Positions 31,335-40,128 are shown, counted from the stretch's first letter. The stretch is 42,361 nucleotides of DNA from a virus (IMGVR_UViG_3300045988_031209:1-42361), one strand, 5' to 3'. Program-made: numbers and translations. Notes: generated by a model not told the origin, from the letters alone.

Positions 31335-31673
31335 TTATTCTCCTTTGCAAAAATCCAAGCCTTCTTTGATAACAGTTACCTCTTCTTTGCTGAATATCGG
31401 CTTATCCGCGTCAACCGATACCGTTATCTCAACCTTTGCTCTACCCTCGCCATAAACCAAATCGCAAAGGGCTTGCAAGTTTTTAGTGGCTTCTTTTCCT
31501 TCCTCTAAAAACTTTTTCCTCAGCACTTCTTTTTCTCCGCAGCTCTCGATTGTTAAGAGCTTCTTTTTGGTTTCCTCAATATCTTTTTCTGCCTGTTCTG
31601 CAATAGAGAGCCCTCTTTCTTTGAGAAAACAATGCATTGTGAGCAAATCTTCAAGTCTCTCTTTTTCTGTCAT
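31335..31673 (-). CDS. Hypothetical protein (112 aa), Lys/Glu-rich, AT-richer
   Basis: ATG 31673 follows AAGGGAGA by 5 nt and lies 1 nt after the upstream stop. Confidence 0.65.
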   Translation of the reverse strand: MTEKERLEDLLTMHCFLKERGLSIAEQAEKDIEETKKKLLTIESCGEKEVLRKKFLEEGKEATKNLQALCDLVYGEGRAKVEITVSVDADKPIFSKEEVTVIKEGLDFCKGE

Positions 31674-31674
31674 G

Positions 31675-32127
31675 TTATTCTCCCTTCTCTGCTTCCTCCA
31701 CGGCGATCTGCCGCAGCTCATCAATGTGATCCTCCACCGCTGGGCGGAGGAACGGGCGGGCTTTCATGCCCCGGGTAAAGTGCCACTTGCCGTTGAAGTC
31801 CTTCCAGACCCACGGCGTTTTGCGTCCGTTGCCCTTCTCGGCAAAAACACCTGTGCCCAGCTCAACGTAGACGCTGTAAAACAGGTTGCTGCCGATGGTC
31901 ACGGTCTTTTTTGCGAGGTCGGTGGCAAAGGTCAGGCTCTGCTTGAGCGCGCCGCCCACGTAGCCCTCAATGCCCGTGCTGTCTGCCGTGCCAGTAGGCA
32001 CAAGCAGCTGGGCGTAGTCCTGCACCTTCATGCCCCATAGGGTCAGCACCCGCTCCGCCCACGAGTCCAACGCCTCATGCAGCTGCGGGGTGTTGTCGGT
32101 GAATTTGATGTCGTAGTTAAAGTTCAC
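31675..32127 (-). CDS. HK97 gp10-family head-tail joining protein
   Basis: YSVYVELGTGVFAEKGNGRKT...MKARPFLRPAVEDH. GTG 32127 has a GTGA overlap and follows GAGGGA by 6 nt. Confidence 0.7.
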   Translation of the reverse strand: MNFNYDIKFTDNTPQLHEALDSWAERVLTLWGMKVQDYAQLLVPTGTADSTGIEGYVGGALKQSLTFATDLAKKTVTIGSNLFYSVYVELGTGVFAEKGNGRKTPWVWKDFNGKWHFTRGMKARPFLRPAVEDHIDELRQIAVEEAEKGE

Positions 32128-32357
32128 GGCTTGTCCCTCGGTTCTCGCTTTTTCTTTAAGATGCGACCGCACTCAGGGCAGAAATTCAGCTGTCCGGCAC
32201 GATGCGTTACCGTACCGCACACGCCTGCGCCTTTCCTGTGCGTTTTTGTGATAAGACTGACTTGAAACGTGGTGTAAAGGTCGTTTTCCCCTTTGGGGGA
32301 ATTTTTCTTCCACCACGCAAGCCTCTCGCAAAATTTGCAAGGCTTCTTCTCATCCAT
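32124..32357 (-). CDS. Zinc-ribbon protein (77 aa)
   Basis: CKFC...CPEC pairs. ATG follows AAGGAGG by 9 nt. Confidence 0.65.
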   Translation of the reverse strand: MDEKKPCKFCERLAWWKKNSPKGENDLYTTFQVSLITKTHRKGAGVCGTVTHRAGQLNFCPECGRILKKKREPRDKP

Positions 32358-33381
32358 GCTTTGCAGCCTCCTTTCTGCGTTTTCGCTCTTCTGCCCACCA
32401 CATTTGCTCTTTTTCCTTTCCGCCCTTGGATTTATACCACTCGGTGTAATCCATGACGGGGGTGGTCTCTTTGGTCACATTGTCCCGTTGCATGGCGTTC
32501 TGCCGAGGATACTTGCCCAGCGCAGAGGACAGCACACAGCGGCAGTGGTAGACCATCTCCGGCGCTGCGTTGGGGTCGCCGGGGCGCTGAATCTCGTAGC
32601 CCATGACCTTGAACGGCTCGTCAAGGTCTGCCGTCTGCTGGTCAAGCAGGCGGTGCATCTCACGGGTGCGGTAGTCGTGGGTGGAGGTCCACCGCTTTTT
32701 GACCTCGATGCCCAAAGCCTGGGCGTTTCGCATCTGCTGCAAAGCCCCCGCATTCTGGGCCCCTGTCAACGCTGTAATGGCGTTGTTCATGGCCCAGTGG
32801 ATCTCCGTGTCGGCCATGCCGTTGACGGCCTGCACGGCGATGTCGTGGACGCTCTTGCCCTGCACAATGCCCTGCATGACGTAGCGATTGAACACCCGGG
32901 CATCATAGGTGCGGTTGCTTTCGCTCTTGATGCGCTTGTTGGGCACCATGCGGGGGTTCTCTTTCAGCAGCAGCTTGACGGCCTCGGTGTTGTACAGGGT
33001 CAGCCCGAACGTCACGCCTGCGGCCTGTTCCAGCTCGTAGAAAGCCCAGTTTGCGCCAAAGGAAAAGATATTGTATTGCTCGTCCCGGGCCAGCTTGTAG
33101 GCCGTCTCTTGGGCTGTGGTGCAGGTCTGGGTGATGCCGTCCAGCTTCTTGCGCATCAAATCGGACTGAAAGACCTGATTTTGCAGCCAGATGCGGTAAT
33201 TCTCTTCGGTGATCTCTCCCGCATCCAGCTGCGCCCGCTTGCGCTCGTCCAACGCTCGGTACTTCCCAAGAAACTCGGCGAGCTGCTCGGTCATCTCCCG
33301 GCGGGCAGTGCCGTATACCCGCAAAATGCGGCGGCGCAGGCGGTTCAGCTGGCGGGTAGAGATACGGTCACGGTCAGTCAT
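32350..33381 (-). CDS. Minor head protein (SPP1 gp7 / Mu F-like)
   Basis: C-terminal W.STHDYRTREMHRLLDQQTADLDEPF...PGDPNAAPEMVYHCRCV, typical of the family. It lies after the portal gene. Confidence 0.8.
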   Translation of the reverse strand: MTDRDRISTRQLNRLRRRILRVYGTARREMTEQLAEFLGKYRALDERKRAQLDAGEITEENYRIWLQNQVFQSDLMRKKLDGITQTCTTAQETAYKLARDEQYNIFSFGANWAFYELEQAAGVTFGLTLYNTEAVKLLLKENPRMVPNKRIKSESNRTYDARVFNRYVMQGIVQGKSVHDIAVQAVNGMADTEIHWAMNNAITALTGAQNAGALQQMRNAQALGIEVKKRWTSTHDYRTREMHRLLDQQTADLDEPFKVMGYEIQRPGDPNAAPEMVYHCRCVLSSALGKYPRQNAMQRDNVTKETTPVMDYTEWYKSKGGKEKEQMWWAEERKRRKEAAKHG

Positions 33382-33474
33382 AAGCCAATCGCCTGTGCAA
33401 CGGCCAGAAAGCACCCAGCCACAATGGCAAAATCAGCGACGAAAAGCATCACATCGATCAATCTTCCCAGAGGA

Positions 33475-33699
33475 TCATAAATTTTGCTGGTTTTTTTCAT
33501 CGGCGTCCTCCTCCTCTTTTTCAAACTGCGGTCGTCCAAACGCATCAATGCCGATCATCCGCACGTTTGGCCTTGTGACTTCAATAGTCGTTCCCTGCAG
33601 CAGCTCAACAGCGGAAATGAACCGTTGCATAACATTTTCTGCTTCTTCTGACAGCTCGATTTCAATTTTCCCCTCCATCGGGATTTTAAGATTCGCCAT
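33475..33699 (-). CDS. Hypothetical acidic protein (74 aa)
   Basis: ATG 33699 follows GGAGGG. It overlaps the portal 3' end by 14 nt. Confidence 0.6.
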   Translation of the reverse strand: MANLKIPMEGKIEIELSEEAENVMQRFISAVELLQGTTIEVTRPNVRMIGIDAFGRPQFEKEEEDADEKNQQNL

Positions 33700-35080
33700 C
33701 TCCGTTTCCCTCCTCTCCCTCGTTGCCGTCAATCGTCTCTCTCACCGCACTCTCCGCCATCAGCGCGGCCTTGGCCTGCTCCTTTTGTTCCGGGGTCAGG
33801 TTGGGCAGCAGGTCGATGGCCATGTCCTGACCGATGATCGGTGCCTCGGAGATCACCGTTGCGACCTGCTCAGCCGTGTTGGTGATCTTGCTGCGGTTGA
33901 ATGCCGGCATAGCGTTGTCAAAGCCAGCCAGTGCGCAGATCTGCCGGATGAACGGCTTGACCTGCGCCTCGAAGTCGTCCGCGTTCTGGTTCAGCGGCTC
34001 ATAGGCCGCATCCAGATGGTCGTTTGTGCTGTCCGCACTCACGCAGTGCACATCCAGACCGCCGAAGTCCTCATAGACCCGGGTGTGGAGCAGCTCCAAA
34101 AGAGCCTGCCGGGCCGTCACAGGGATCTCGGTGGTGTAGGGGGTGATCTTGCCGCCCTCGCTGGTGTCTGCGCCTGCAATGTGGTACAAATTCAGCTTGA
34201 CAAGGAACTCCTGCAGCTCGTCATCGGTCATGCCGTTGAAGTTCTCGCACAGCCAGTAGATCTGCGAAAAGTCCTGCAGGTCATTGCAGAAGCCAGACAT
34301 CACCAGATCGGTGTTGTCAATGTAGGCTTTCAGGCCCACAAGGGTGCTCTGGTGCAGATCTGAACCCCACAGCGGCACAATGGGCAAGGCGCTGTAGTTT
34401 TCGCCCTCCACGCTTTCCAGACCGCCGCCGGGTGTGGTGACGGTCACGCTCTTGTATGCCTGCTTCGGCGTTGTCTCTTGCATCACATTGCCGATTTTGC
34501 TTTCCGTATACTCGGTAAAGCCGTCCAGCTCGTACAGGATATAGTGCATATCCGTGTCAGGATTCAGCCGCCAGAAGCGCACACCCGCCTGCAAAAGGCC
34601 TGTCTTTTCATCGTACAGGGGAGCGAACTCGGTCAACTTGAAAACCACCAGGTGGTCGTTGTTCCAGAAGCCGAAGCTCTCGCCATGGATCAGGGCAAAA
34701 TATCCGGCCTTCTGGATCTGCTCGTCAAAGTTCTGCCCCAGCTTGTCCTTGTCCACGCCATCGTCTGCAAAGACCACGCCGTTGCCGAGGGAGTAGGTCG
34801 CCCGCTGCTTGTTGAGCCGCCGGAAAAGATTGCTCTTGACCATATCGGGGTGCAGGACATCCTGCCGTGTGTTCTTGGATAGGCGTTTCAGCATCAAAGC
34901 GTAAGCCTGCGCGAAACGTTCAGCCCCCGGGTTTTTCTGGGCATCGTACAGGTCGGCATCCAGTGCCATCTTGTATGGTCCGGAACTGCAGTGCTGCTGC
35001 ACGAACCGCCGGACAAAATCGGGCTGTTCCCCGGCGGATTGCGCCTGCTGGAAGGTCTGGAAAGTGTATACAGTGCTCAA
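33686..35080 (-). CDS. Portal protein (SPP1 gp6-like)
   Basis: 464 aa, directly after TerL. TTG 35080 follows GAGGAA by 7 nt. The track ORF 5' extension overlaps terL. Confidence 0.85.
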   Translation of the reverse strand: MSTVYTFQTFQQAQSAGEQPDFVRRFVQQHCSSGPYKMALDADLYDAQKNPGAERFAQAYALMLKRLSKNTRQDVLHPDMVKSNLFRRLNKQRATYSLGNGVVFADDGVDKDKLGQNFDEQIQKAGYFALIHGESFGFWNNDHLVVFKLTEFAPLYDEKTGLLQAGVRFWRLNPDTDMHYILYELDGFTEYTESKIGNVMQETTPKQAYKSVTVTTPGGGLESVEGENYSALPIVPLWGSDLHQSTLVGLKAYIDNTDLVMSGFCNDLQDFSQIYWLCENFNGMTDDELQEFLVKLNLYHIAGADTSEGGKITPYTTEIPVTARQALLELLHTRVYEDFGGLDVHCVSADSTNDHLDAAYEPLNQNADDFEAQVKPFIRQICALAGFDNAMPAFNRSKITNTAEQVATVISEAPIIGQDMAIDLLPNLTPEQKEQAKAALMAESAVRETIDGNEGEEGNGDGES

Positions 35081-35082
35081 AA

Positions 35083-36330
35083 TCAATTCCTCAGTTTCAC
35101 AAGGCGCTTTGTGCGCACGAAATAGCGGATAGCGTCCATGCAGTGGTCGTTGACCTTCAGCACGGTGTCGTCTTTGTCCGGATCCCAAGCGTACACGCCG
35201 AACTCTTCCAGCGTGTGCTTGCAGTCCTTGTAGATCTTCAGCCGCCCGGTCTGCAGCATGGTCTGCACGTCCAGAATGCCGCTCAGAACGTCGTTGTTTG
35301 CGGGGGTCTGTGTAAAGCCGTTCTTGCGCAGCTCTGTAATCAGGGGCAGAGCAGAGGGGTCAACGATGATCCTTTCCGGCTTGAGACCGCCCAACCACGC
35401 CTTGAGGTCTGTAACGTACTCGCCCACGGTCTTTTGCCGCTTCTGCTCTCGCCCGCTGTAGTAATACTCCCGGGTGACGATCCAGCAGTCTGCGTCTGCC
35501 TGCTTCTGGAACAGCAGAAAGGTCGTTGCGTTCTGGGTGCCAAAGTCGCACGCCACATAAGCGCTCTTTGGAGACAGCTCGGGCAGCACGTCAATGACGT
35601 GTTTTTTCGGGTCGAACATGTCATATACAAGGCCCTCTGCCACCGTCCACAGACCAAGAATGTAGCGCTGATAGAAAACGCCGCTATACTGGCTGCGGTA
35701 TCTGGCCTTGATGTCCTCGGAAAGAGACAAGTTGTCGTCCATCGTAAAGTGGAGATACATCATCTTGCGGGAGCGGCATTTCCGCACCCACTCCAGATAG
35801 AACCAGTGCTGTGGGCTGCCCGGGTTGCAGTTGAACCAGAACTTTGATCCGGTGACAGAGCAGCGGGCCGTGGCCTGATTGACGAAGCTTTGCGGCATCA
35901 GGGCCACCTCGTCGAAGAATGCCCCGGCAAGGGTGATGCCCTGGATCAGGTCCTGACTGCTCTCGTCCTTGCCGCCAAAAAAGTAAAACTCGTTGGTTCT
36001 GCCGCCCTTGCTGACGGTCATGCAGTTTTCTGCCCGATGCTCCTTGACGTTGTAACCACGGGCTGCAAGCTGCTGCTTGAGCGTCCCTAGCACGTTGCGC
36101 CTGAAGCTGGCAATGGTCTTGCCGCACATGGCAAACTGCTGGCCGCTGTAACAAGTCATAGCCCACTGGACAAAAGAAAAGCTCATGGCAAAGGTCTTGC
36201 CCGAGCGAATAGCGCCATCTGCAATGATGCCGTTGTAGCTGCTGTATGCGCTCTGCGGCGTCCACCAGCTCAAGACCTGCTTTTGCCGTTGGCTGAGGGC
36301 TTTCCAGCGAAAACCGTTACTTTTCCGCAT
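35083..36330 (-). CDS. Terminase large subunit (PBSX / Terminase_3-like)
   Basis: Walker A ADGAIRSGKTF. Walker B-like LAGAFFDEVA. Nuclease-domain signatures in the C-terminal half. Confidence 0.9.
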   Translation of the reverse strand: MRKSNGFRWKALSQRQKQVLSWWTPQSAYSSYNGIIADGAIRSGKTFAMSFSFVQWAMTCYSGQQFAMCGKTIASFRRNVLGTLKQQLAARGYNVKEHRAENCMTVSKGGRTNEFYFFGGKDESSQDLIQGITLAGAFFDEVALMPQSFVNQATARCSVTGSKFWFNCNPGSPQHWFYLEWVRKCRSRKMMYLHFTMDDNLSLSEDIKARYRSQYSGVFYQRYILGLWTVAEGLVYDMFDPKKHVIDVLPELSPKSAYVACDFGTQNATTFLLFQKQADADCWIVTREYYYSGREQKRQKTVGEYVTDLKAWLGGLKPERIIVDPSALPLITELRKNGFTQTPANNDVLSGILDVQTMLQTGRLKIYKDCKHTLEEFGVYAWDPDKDDTVLKVNDHCMDAIRYFVRTKRLVKLRN

Positions 36331-36784
36331 GGTCGGCCTCTTCCTCTGGCAGCATCTCCACGTCATCCGGCGGGCTGAGGTCTGCGGTAGCGCTCAGGGC
36401 TTCCAGCAGGCCATCATCCGGGGCTTCTATGCCGCTCTGGTCTCCCAGCATAGCAAACTTGTCCACGATGGTGCCGAACGCCGTGGACAGCTGCGGCAGC
36501 GTTGCTTCTGCGATTTTGTCAGGGTCTGCCATCGCTTTTAGGTACAGCCCGAGAAGATCCTGTGCTTCCCCGCGCTTACTGCCTAAGTAGGAAAGCATGT
36601 CCTGCGTGTTCTGCTCTTTTTTTAAGGCGCACAAATCCGCACACTTGGGATTATCTTTCACGATTTTCCGCACGGTGCTTTCTGCCACGTCGTTCAGCTT
36701 GGCGGCTCTGGCGTAGCTTTGCAGCTGCACATAGTCAGCAACGATCTTCTTTTTTTGCCTGTCTGTCAGCCGCTTCGCACTCAC
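36317..36784 (-). CDS. Terminase small subunit (HTH type)
   Basis: MSAKRLTDRQKKKIVADYVQLQSYARAAKLNDVAESTVRKIV. GTG 36784 follows GAGGTG by 6 nt. The 3' end overlaps terL. Confidence 0.7.
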   Translation of the reverse strand: MSAKRLTDRQKKKIVADYVQLQSYARAAKLNDVAESTVRKIVKDNPKCADLCALKKEQNTQDMLSYLGSKRGEAQDLLGLYLKAMADPDKIAEATLPQLSTAFGTIVDKFAMLGDQSGIEAPDDGLLEALSATADLSPPDDVEMLPEEEADHAEK

Positions 36785-36810
36785 CGCCACCACCTCTCTA
36801 AACTCATGCA

Positions 36811-36840
36811 AAAGAAAAACCGCCCGGAAATCCGAACGGT
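36811..36840 (-). terminator. Intrinsic terminator downstream of the tRNA cluster
   Basis: Minus strand reads ACCGTTCGGA-tt-TCCGGGCGGT (with G.U pairs) followed by TTTTTCTTTT. Confidence 0.55.
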
Positions 36841-36972
36841 CAGAATATCAAAATAAGCAGCACCCGTGCATTCAGTTCGTTGGACATGCGTCAAACGGTG
36901 GGCACTGCTGCATCCGGAACTTTCGCGGCCGGATGCCCCGCTATTGCGCGGCCCGCTCATAGGGCACGCAAG

Positions 36973-37045
36973 CACTCCCGGCAGGGCTCGAACCTGCAAC
37001 ATGCGGTTTTGGAGACCGCTGCTCTACCACTTGAGCTACCGGAGT
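36973..37045 (-). tRNA. tRNA-Trp (anticodon CCA), no encoded CCA end
   Basis: Hand fold: actccgg ta gctc aagtggta gagc a gcggt ctCCAaa accgc atgtt gcagg ttcgagc cctgc cgggagt g. There is one G-G mismatch at 6:67. Confidence 0.75.
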
Positions 37046-37049
37046 ATAA

Positions 37050-37120
37050 AAGCCGCCCTTGGAATTGAACCATCCGTGTCTACACACACGCGCTGCGCTC
37101 CAAACTGCGCTCAGGCGGCC
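37050..37120 (-). ncRNA. tRNA-like element with a non-canonical anticodon arm
   Basis: Acceptor GGCCGCC/GGCGGCT and D-arm GCGC-agtttgga-GCGC fold normally. The T-loop is TTCAATT, but the T-stem has only 3 bp. The anticodon arm is CGTGT-gtgtag-ACACG, with a 6-nt loop (or 4 bp plus an 8-nt loop). Confidence 0.35.
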
Positions 37121-37272
37121 ATATAAAAACAGCTCCGGTTCGCCGCCGTGGCTGTTGGTTGGCGCACATCCTGTCAGTAAAGTTACACCTTGGCAAGGAT
37201 TCTAAGGCCTTTTCTTGGCACGGGAGGTTGCACGTGCGGCCTTGCGGGTTGTCTAGTCCATGCGCCATACGG

Positions 37273-37343
37273 TGCGATACGGCGGAATCGAACCGCCTCC
37301 TGTCTCTCATGAGCGGCAGGCTGCCTTTGTTTCAGTGTATCGC
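37273..37343 (-). ncRNA. tRNA-like element: canonical acceptor and T-arm, no foldable D or anticodon stems
   Basis: Acceptor GCGATAC/GTATCGC and T-arm GGCGG-ttcgatt-CCGCC are canonical. The central part contains CTCATGA (a CAU-type loop), but the flanking stems do not pair. Confidence 0.35.
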
Positions 37344-37529
37344 ATAGAAGCAGCCCGCGAAACGTGAAGAGAGAGCAAAGCCCAGTACCTGCAAACAGAA
37401 AAGGAGGAAAATGCCAAGAAGGGACACGTTTCGGAGGCTGCGTGCATCGGTTTGCCTTTTGGCTTTTCCGATGATACAATTTTACACCATGCGATAGTGA
37501 AACCGCAATGTAATGACAGTGCAATGTTT

Positions 37530-37985
37530 TTAAAGGCTCAGCTCCTCCATTGCTTTTCGCCGCAAGACATAGACCATGCGCAGAGAGTAATTCATATCTT
37601 TTGCGACCCTGTCCCACGTGAGGCAATCGAGATAGTACTTGTACAGCACCGTGTATGCTTTCTCGTTCTGGATCCGGTCAAGTGCGCTTTTGATCTCAAG
37701 AAACAGCCTGTCGCAGACCGCTCTTTGCTCATAGGCGCGGCGCTCCGCTTCCTCTTCGCGTTCAACCGCCCGGGCAAGGCTCTGGCCATCTTTGCTGCCG
37801 CCGGGGGCCGCGCTGAGGCTCTGGGTAATGTGCCGGGTGGCCTCCTGTGCTTCGGCCAGCCGGTCAGACAGCAAGTAGTATCTTTTCTCTGCTTCGCGGT
37901 AGCGGTTCAGCCACGCCTTAACGGCGCAGTAATCGGTTCTGTCCGGCTTCTGGGTGTCAGTGTCAGGCGTCCATGTGCGTGTCAT
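37530..37985 (-). CDS. Late-gene regulator candidate, sigma-70 region-4-like HTH (DUF1492-like)
   Basis: C-terminal AYTVLYKYYLDCLTWDRVAKDMNYSLRMVYVLRRKAMEEL. ATG 37985 follows AAGGAGG by 5 nt. It lies upstream of the tRNAs and terS. Confidence 0.7.
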   Translation of the reverse strand: MTRTWTPDTDTQKPDRTDYCAVKAWLNRYREAEKRYYLLSDRLAEAQEATRHITQSLSAAPGGSKDGQSLARAVEREEEAERRAYEQRAVCDRLFLEIKSALDRIQNEKAYTVLYKYYLDCLTWDRVAKDMNYSLRMVYVLRRKAMEELSL

Positions 37986-38037
37986 TGTCTTCCTCCTTGC
38001 TAGCGAAAATCTCAAAAGTGACTTTTAGCTTCCTGTT

Positions 38038-38241
38038 TCAGATAACGCCCCACACCTTTTCGAGCTTCGTTTTGTCTGAATTCCCCATTTCAGTAATAAA
38101 ATGAGTCAGAACAGCGGAAACTGCTTCGTCGGTCACATCAGACTTGCTTCTCCATAACTGCAATCCATCTTTCCGCTGCTTCATCATCGTTCCGGCATAG
38201 ATGGTTCCGAATAGCCCACACCCAACATGATATTCAGCCAT
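38038..38241 (-). CDS. Hypothetical protein (67 aa)
   Basis: ATG 38241 follows GGAGGA by 5 nt. Translation MAEYHVGCGLFGTIYAGT... Confidence 0.65.
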   Translation of the reverse strand: MAEYHVGCGLFGTIYAGTMMKQRKDGLQLWRSKSDVTDEAVSAVLTHFITEMGNSDKTKLEKVWGVI

Positions 38242-38614
38242 TTTCGTCCTCCATTTCTTCAATCCAGATTTCCGCCCTCGGATTCTGCTTATCATAGTCC
38301 ACCCGGCTTCCGTCGTGGGCTGCCACGATCTGGCTGTTGTCGTCTTCCAGCACCCTAGCCTTTACCAGTATGTCGCAGGTGGCCTCGATGAGGTTTGCCA
38401 GGTCGACCCGGCGGGCGGTCTTCATGTAGTAGACGCACCGCACGTTTACACGGGCAGAGATGGGGCTGTGCGGCCTTTTGATTTGCCGCAGGCAGTCCGT
38501 CTCATACTCCACGTAGGCCTTGCTAGGGGCCACAAATGTGGCACCAGAGTGCGTGCGGAGAATGCGGGCAGAGTTTTTCTTGGTGCGGGGTTCGCCGTAG
38601 AGGGTCAGTTTCAT
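38234..38614 (-). CDS. rusA: RusA-family Holliday junction resolvase
   Basis: MKLTLYGEPRTKKNS...VDLANLIEATCDILVKARVLEDDNSQIV. ATGA overlap with the upstream gene. Confidence 0.85.
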   Translation of the reverse strand: MKLTLYGEPRTKKNSARILRTHSGATFVAPSKAYVEYETDCLRQIKRPHSPISARVNVRCVYYMKTARRVDLANLIEATCDILVKARVLEDDNSQIVAAHDGSRVDYDKQNPRAEIWIEEMEDENG

Positions 38615-39195
38615 CTGCCGTCCTCCACGTAGTACCAGCTTTGGGGCGGGTATTCGATTCCGAATGCTTCTCCCCGGCAAATCAGCTTTTCTGCGTCCCA
38701 TCTGCGGCAGGTGCAACAGTCTCCGCGATGCGTACAGGGCTGTATCGCCCAGAAATCTTTAAGCTTTATTGGCTTTTTGTAGGGTTTGAAGTTTGAAATA
38801 TGCCAGCAGTACGCATCGCGGCAGTCAATCAGCCTCCGTCCTTTCCAGCCAGCATAAGCCTCTACCTGCTGCGGTGTAAGGCAGCTTCCCAAAATCCTTT
38901 CTTCGAGATTCCCCGGAATAGAGCTTGTAAGCGGAGTAATTCTATCGATATCGTTGCAGGTGAACTCGCCAATGACGCGCCCCCTTTTCCCTGGCCAGCC
39001 GCCGTGGACCTTCGCGGACACGTCCCAGTTACGGTCGTCCGAATTAAACTCTTTACTCGCCGTCCGGGTGCAGTAGATATACACCCTGAACGGCGTTTCC
39101 AGCTTCGGGCGGGTCTTGCGCACCTCAATGGTCTTTTGCCCCCGAATGATGAGGTCGCACCATTCAGGCCGAATGCTCATCAAGATAGCTTTCAT
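38611..39195 (-). CDS. ASCH domain protein (194 aa) with Cys-rich C-terminus
   Basis: MKAILMSIRPEWCDLIIRGQKTIEVRKTRP is the ASCH N-terminal signature. ATGA overlap. Confidence 0.75.
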   Translation of the reverse strand: MKAILMSIRPEWCDLIIRGQKTIEVRKTRPKLETPFRVYIYCTRTASKEFNSDDRNWDVSAKVHGGWPGKRGRVIGEFTCNDIDRITPLTSSIPGNLEERILGSCLTPQQVEAYAGWKGRRLIDCRDAYCWHISNFKPYKKPIKLKDFWAIQPCTHRGDCCTCRRWDAEKLICRGEAFGIEYPPQSWYYVEDGR

Positions 39196-39680
39196 TTTTT
39201 CATCATCCCTTCCATTGCCAGCTGCTCGCACTGCTTTTCAGCTTCCCTGCGCTGCTGGTCATACTCAAATAGCATATCTGCGTACTCATTGCCCACCCGG
39301 CGGATGGCGGTTTCCAGCATCTCCGTCACAAGGTCGTGGTACTTGTCTGCGCCCTTGCGGCTGCTCCTGGCAGCTTCCAGGGCTTCCCACAGGTCGGTGA
39401 GTTTGTCCCGCCTGTCAGCGGTGATCTCGCCGTAGCCGTAGGCATCCTGGATCTGCTCCATGCTTTCCCAGCCTTCCAGTTCAGCAAAGGGGTCAGCTTC
39501 AGCCTTTGCCATGCTACGGGCTTTGGTCTTTTTCTTGACGTACCGGGTCAGACCGTCTTGCATCACGGCGCGGGCATCGTCCATCGCCTTACGGATGGCC
39601 TTTACCTCCCGCTCTCTTTTGAGCTGCCCGGGCTGGTTGGCCCATTCTGCCATCAGCTCAGACTTTGTTTTCGGTTTCAC
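39192..39680 (-). CDS. Hypothetical charged helical protein (162 aa)
   Basis: GTG 39680 lies within the conserved junction GGAGGTGCGGACAGGTGA. Confidence 0.65.
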   Translation of the reverse strand: MKPKTKSELMAEWANQPGQLKREREVKAIRKAMDDARAVMQDGLTRYVKKKTKARSMAKAEADPFAELEGWESMEQIQDAYGYGEITADRRDKLTDLWEALEAARSSRKGADKYHDLVTEMLETAIRRVGNEYADMLFEYDQQRREAEKQCEQLAMEGMMKK

Positions 39681-39698
39681 CTGTCCGCACCTCCGTTC
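39677..39698 (-). repeat. 22-bp gene-junction repeat, copy 1 (tcacctgtccgcacctccgttc)
   Basis: Identical to copy 2, with 2 mismatches to copy 3. It contains the stop, the start and the SD sequence. Confidence 0.85.
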
Positions 39699-39943
39699 GC
39701 TTTTGCAGGTTCCCTCTTTCTAGGCGGCTTGGGCTTCGGCATCCAACACCGCACGTTTTCGGTTGGAATGGATCTTGTGATGCTGTACCCATACTCTAAA
39801 ATCGTCCAGCATTTATAGGTGGAGTCATAGCATCCGACCACTGCTTCCTCGTGGAAGAGCGATTTTTCTACAAAGAGGACGGACTTCAGGCTACGAGGCA
39901 GTCTCTTTGATGGGTCAACCCATTTACTTGCAGTCCGCTTCAC
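39677..39943 (-). CDS. DUF551-like protein (88 aa)
   Basis: W..P...LP....VL......(G)......W........V..WMPKPKPP pattern. GTG start in junction repeat copy 2. It ends ANGGADR. Confidence 0.7.
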   Translation of the reverse strand: MKRTASKWVDPSKRLPRSLKSVLFVEKSLFHEEAVVGCYDSTYKCWTILEYGYSITRSIPTENVRCWMPKPKPPRKREPAKANGGADR

Positions 39944-40124
39944 CTGTCCGCACCTCCGTTCTCACAGCTTCCCGAATGCGCAGTCTGGCAAGCTCAGTTT
40001 TCGCATACCACAGCTGCCAGTTGCCAAACCATCCCTTGTAGAGCAGTTTCCCGCCGTAATAAACAAGTTCCTGCCTCATCAGGTGGTCGAGAGAGACGAT
40101 GTAAGTGCCGGGCTTGTACCTCAT
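39924..40124 (-). CDS. Hypothetical protein (66 aa)
   Basis: ATG follows GGGGGTGA by 4 nt. Confidence 0.6.
   Translation of the reverse strand: MRYKPGTYIVSLDHLMRQELVYYGGKLLYKGWFGNWQLWYAKTELARLRIREAVRTEVRTGEADCK
39940..39961 (-). repeat. 22-bp gene-junction repeat, copy 2
   Basis: tcacctgtccgcacctccgttc, exact match to copy 1. Confidence 0.85.
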
Positions 40125-40128
40125 TTGC

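Noticed and set aside
33384-33455. 23-aa hydrophobic mini-ORF (MLFVADFAIVAGCFLAVAQAIGL) overlapping the minor head protein start, and a 20-aa ORF around 3630-3692
   Set aside because: Both are very short, have weak or no SD, and have no supporting conservation that I can assess. I did not report them as features.
36860-36972. An additional tRNA or sRNA between the terS terminator and tRNA-Trp (8-bp hairpin GCATCCGG...CCGGATGC at 36909-36935)
   Set aside because: The hairpin is real, but there is no T-loop or acceptor pairing and no T-run. The evidence is insufficient for any call.
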